A DNA stretch of 64,000 nt from Podarcis liolepis (taxonomy: Eukaryota): NCBI GenBank assembly GCA_965112155.1, contig OZ218104.1, one strand, 5' to 3'. The translations under genes and the position numbers were made by a program. The notes under the pieces were generated by a model. It saw only the letters and a list, made by a program, of their open reading frames with translations. It was not told where the DNA came from and ran no database searches. Positions 60,552-64,000 of the stretch are shown piece by piece. Each line of letters begins with the position of its first letter. The first letter of the stretch is position 1.

Positions 60552-62362
60552 GAGCCATGCTGAGCTTGGCTGGCTACCTGGAAAACGTAACCTGAGACCA
60601 CTTGTGGAGGTTAGGAGGAGAGCCCCGGACTACTGAAGATCTGCAGCAGTGGAGCCTGGAGTCGCGTCCTGCAGCAGAAGTTGGGTGTGTTTTCCTCTTC
60701 TTCTGATTCAGATTCTGCAACTGGGTGGTACCCACCACACCAAAGAGTGTGTGGCTTGACCTCTTGGTTGCAGCAAGATCTAGGTGCATCTCAGTTTAGG
60801 AAACAGAAAGGTATATGGCCCCATTCCTCTTGTGTGTTTTGAAAAAAAACAGCAAAGGGGCCTCCATATTAGGCTGGTGTTAAATCCCCTGGAGTTCTTC
60901 TGCAAATGTGTCTCTGCCTCCTATTGTGCTGTCGTTGATCCATCCAAATGGTGTCATTTGCATGCTGGTGGTGCATCCCCTTAGCTGCTAGCCTGCTTGG
61001 TCACTAGGGAGTTGAGGTGGCCTCTCAATTTCTGCATTGCTCTCTGGGATGGTCTCAGGAGAAAACCCAGGACAAGAGATCCTCTGCCTGAGTCCACTTT
61101 TGGGTCTTTTGCATGAAAGGGATTTTAAGCTCCCCATTCTTGGATGACTGTTATCGGGGTGTCCTGCATTCTTCCAGCTCCCCACCGCAGTTGCTTTGTG
61201 AGGACCTTCCCGTTTCCAGAAGCTTGCCTTCTGGTCTCCCAAATTTCCAAAAGAGAGCAGGGAATGATGCCAGACTGGGCCTCCCCAGCTGCAATGGCTA
61301 AATAGTGATGGCTTCTCAAGCGCCTGTGGTGGGAGATCTGCTGTGACTCCTGCTCATCTGATCCAAGGTCTGTTTCCAGGGACGTCATACCAATCAGTGT
61401 TTCCTGGGAGTACGGAGGCCTGGAGTGACCTTCAGCTGCCGCAATTTACAGCTCCTCTTCCTTCCTCTGCCCAGCTTTCCCTTTTAAGCTTGAGTGGGTT
61501 TCCACGAACACTGAAGCTTTTGTAAAGAATAATCCACCTGGGCTTGGCAGATCCTCAACACCACCCATTTAAATCTGTTCCCGTGAGGAAATTTGTTGGT
61601 TGTTGTTTTCCAAGCTACTGGGTTGTATCCAGTATTGATCATACTGGGTAGACTCATTTAAATTAATGGGCATGACTATCCTAGATTTGTTACTTTCAGT
61701 GGGTCAGCGCTGAGTAAAACATGATTGGCTACACTTCATTCCTTTTATCTCTGCAAGCCACATTCTCTTACTGCTTTCCCCTCAGCTTAATAACTCCTTA
61801 ATGCACTTTAACCTCCTGCTTAAACTGCACAGCTGGAGGCAGTGTTGCTTCTGAATACCAGTTGCTGGAAACCACAGGAAGGGAAGTGCTCTCTTCAGCT
61901 CAGGTCCTGCTTCCCACAGACATCTGGTTGGCCACTGTGAGGACAGGATGCTGACCTAGATGGGCCACTGGCCTGATCCAGCAGGCTCTTCTTATGTTCT
62001 GCCTGCTGTTGAAGGGGTGATGCAACAGGGGAGACAGTAGCAAGGGTGTCCCTTGTGTTCATGTGTACATTACCAAAAGCAAGGCCTGTACCACCCTTCC
62101 TAACTGCGACTCTGCGGTAAAAAGAGACTATCCCCTGCTCCCAAGGAGGCAGAGCAAAGAATTCTGGATTAGCCTCATAGAGATTCACCTTCCTTGAACC
62201 TTTGGGGTGGGGTTGTGGAGGAGGGGAGCTACAGAACAGTGACTTGGCATTGCTAAAAGTAAAAAAAACTGCTGCTGTTTCTCTCTGTTTTCTGTACATT
62301 TTTTGTTGTTCCTTTGGGTTTGGAGAGCGCCTCATGACACCCCCACCTCCCCAAGAAAGCCC

Positions 62363-62368
62363 AATAAA
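62363..62368 (+). terminator. Candidate SNAI3 polyadenylation signal
   Basis: AATAAA about 1.8 kb after the stop, with an upstream TGTA element near 62293. Confidence 0.45.
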
Positions 62369-63761
62369 ACTATTCCAAATAATTTCAGTGACACCATTTT
62401 TCATTGAATGTGTTCCTTATTATTGTGCTGCTAATCAGGAATGCTCTTCTTACACCTTCCACTATTTCACCAATGAGAAAGGGGACATGACTTGCTACAC
62501 CCCTATTCTCATGAGACTAATAAATGCCCAAGCCTTCTACGGCTTTAGCATCCACATTGTTGAAAGACTCAACTGTGGACCCCTCCAGACTGGTGGTGTT
62601 GTTTTTTGCAATATGTCATTGATGCATTGATCAATGGCTTATACTGGACCATCCACACATCATCCAGCTTTCTGAAGCCTTGGCGAGCAGCTGCCTGTCA
62701 GTGTAGACAATACTGAGCTAGTTGGGCCAGTGGCCCGAGTCTGTATAAGGCAGCTTTCTGTGTTCCCAGGCAAAGTTCATTCTTTCATGCATCCTCGCAT
62801 CCATTGCTCATGTCTTCCCAGTGGTCTGCGTCTTTTCTTTTCTATTTGAGCATCTCTTTCTCTCTCCCGAGAATGGGCTATTAAGAGGAAGGAGAGGCTC
62901 GCTGGAGCAATGATGTCAGCCTGGCAAAGCCACGTTAATATTTATAATTTGGGCAATGGGGACGAGGACAACATTCTCCTTCACCGGAGTACGTAAATAG
63001 GGTGCGGAGTTGCCTAAAGGAAACTGCGTTGTAAACGGGCCCTTCTATTTTCAGCCCCCAAGTGGCTAAATACGGTCGTTCCACCTGTCCGTCCGAGGGC
63101 CAGAGCAGGAAAGAATGTTGTGGGGTCTAAAATAAGCTCAAATGTTTCCTCTCTTCTTCATGTGGCAGATGGAAAGTGCTGATAAATATAGTGCAGGGCT
63201 GCCGGGCCGGTGGGGGGTCCAGGCAGACGGCCAGCCACCAATCCGCTGAGCTGGGCCAAAGGAGGGAGTGTTGAGCTGGAATGAATGGGTGAGTTTTTCC
63301 ACTCGTCCCTGGCTGCGTTGAGCTGGAAAGTGTACCTGATGCTCTCGCCTGCTCTTTTGTCCACTAGCTTTTCTGACAGGGCTGGGGCCTCCTCGGGTCA
63401 AGAGGGAAACTGTTTTAGCCACCCCATAAACACACACAGTCAAGACAAAGCAAAGAAATGGCAGCTATTTTTCTGCATTATTGCTCGTTTTACTTATATC
63501 CCACCTTACCCTCCAAGGAGCTCATTACATGGTTCTTTTCCTCCGCTTTTCATCTTCACAACCCTGTGAGGGCAGGTTAGGCTGAGAGATGGAGACTGGC
63601 CCAAGGCCACACCCAGGGAGCTTCATGACTGAGTGGGGATTCGAACCCTGGTCTCTTAGCTTGTAGTCTAACACTCTAACCTTACATCACACTGTTTCTC
63701 AAAATGTTATCCTCACAGGGCCTCCTAAACGCACCTAGGTAATGAACCCATGGCACAACCG

Positions 63762-63935
63762 TCATACAATTGGAAGGGTCATCCAGTCCAACCCCCTGCA
63801 ATGCAGGAATCTCAACTAGAGCATCCATGGCAGATGCCCATCCAACCACTCCTTAAAAGCTTCCAAGGAAGGCGAGGCCACAACTTCTTGTGGGCGTCTG
63901 TTCCACTGTCAAACAGCTCTTAACTGTTGGAAAGT
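63762..63935 (-). mobile_element. CR1 3' fragment
   Basis: Reverse complement of the CR1 3' end seen at 28400-28600 (agagctgtttgacagtggaac...gcagggggttggactggatgaccc). Confidence 0.7.
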
Positions 63936-64000
63936 TATTCTGCCATTTCCTTGCCATTTTGAGTGAAGTCCCAGGTTGAGACCCAGAGGTACCCCAGAAC

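Noticed and set aside
62870-63300. Mild CpG enrichment with AT-rich MEF2-like words downstream of SNAI3
   Set aside because: No exact MEF2 consensus and no conservation data; too weak to call an enhancer or the MVD promoter.

Overview
Vertebrate genomic DNA from a squamate reptile, most likely a lacertid lizard (inferred from Sauria SINEs, CR1/L2/L1 LINEs and the hAT/Tc1 MITE repertoire). The window holds the last 21 coding exons of PIEZO1 (+), the complete 15-exon CTU2 (-, tail-to-tail with PIEZO1), the complete 6-exon RNF166 (+, head-to-head with CTU2 on a shared CpG-rich promoter) and the complete 3-exon SNAI3 (+). This is the same block as human 16q24.3. All four exon chains were phased by hand and stay in frame; the PIEZO1 chain needs two non-canonical GC donors. 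Notable extras: paired changes at the PIEZO1 cap-blade contact, a solo LTR with an ORF across most of its length in RNF166 intron 5, an 800-bp retroposed insert that may be a HAL1-like L1 dependent, a young CpG-rich hAT element with a nested L1 about 1 kb upstream of SNAI3, duplicated Snail-type E-boxes in the SNAI3 promoter and a His-to-Arg change in SNAI3 finger 1. No clearly new multi-gene system is evident. Comparisons with human/mouse proteins are from memory and need alignment checks.
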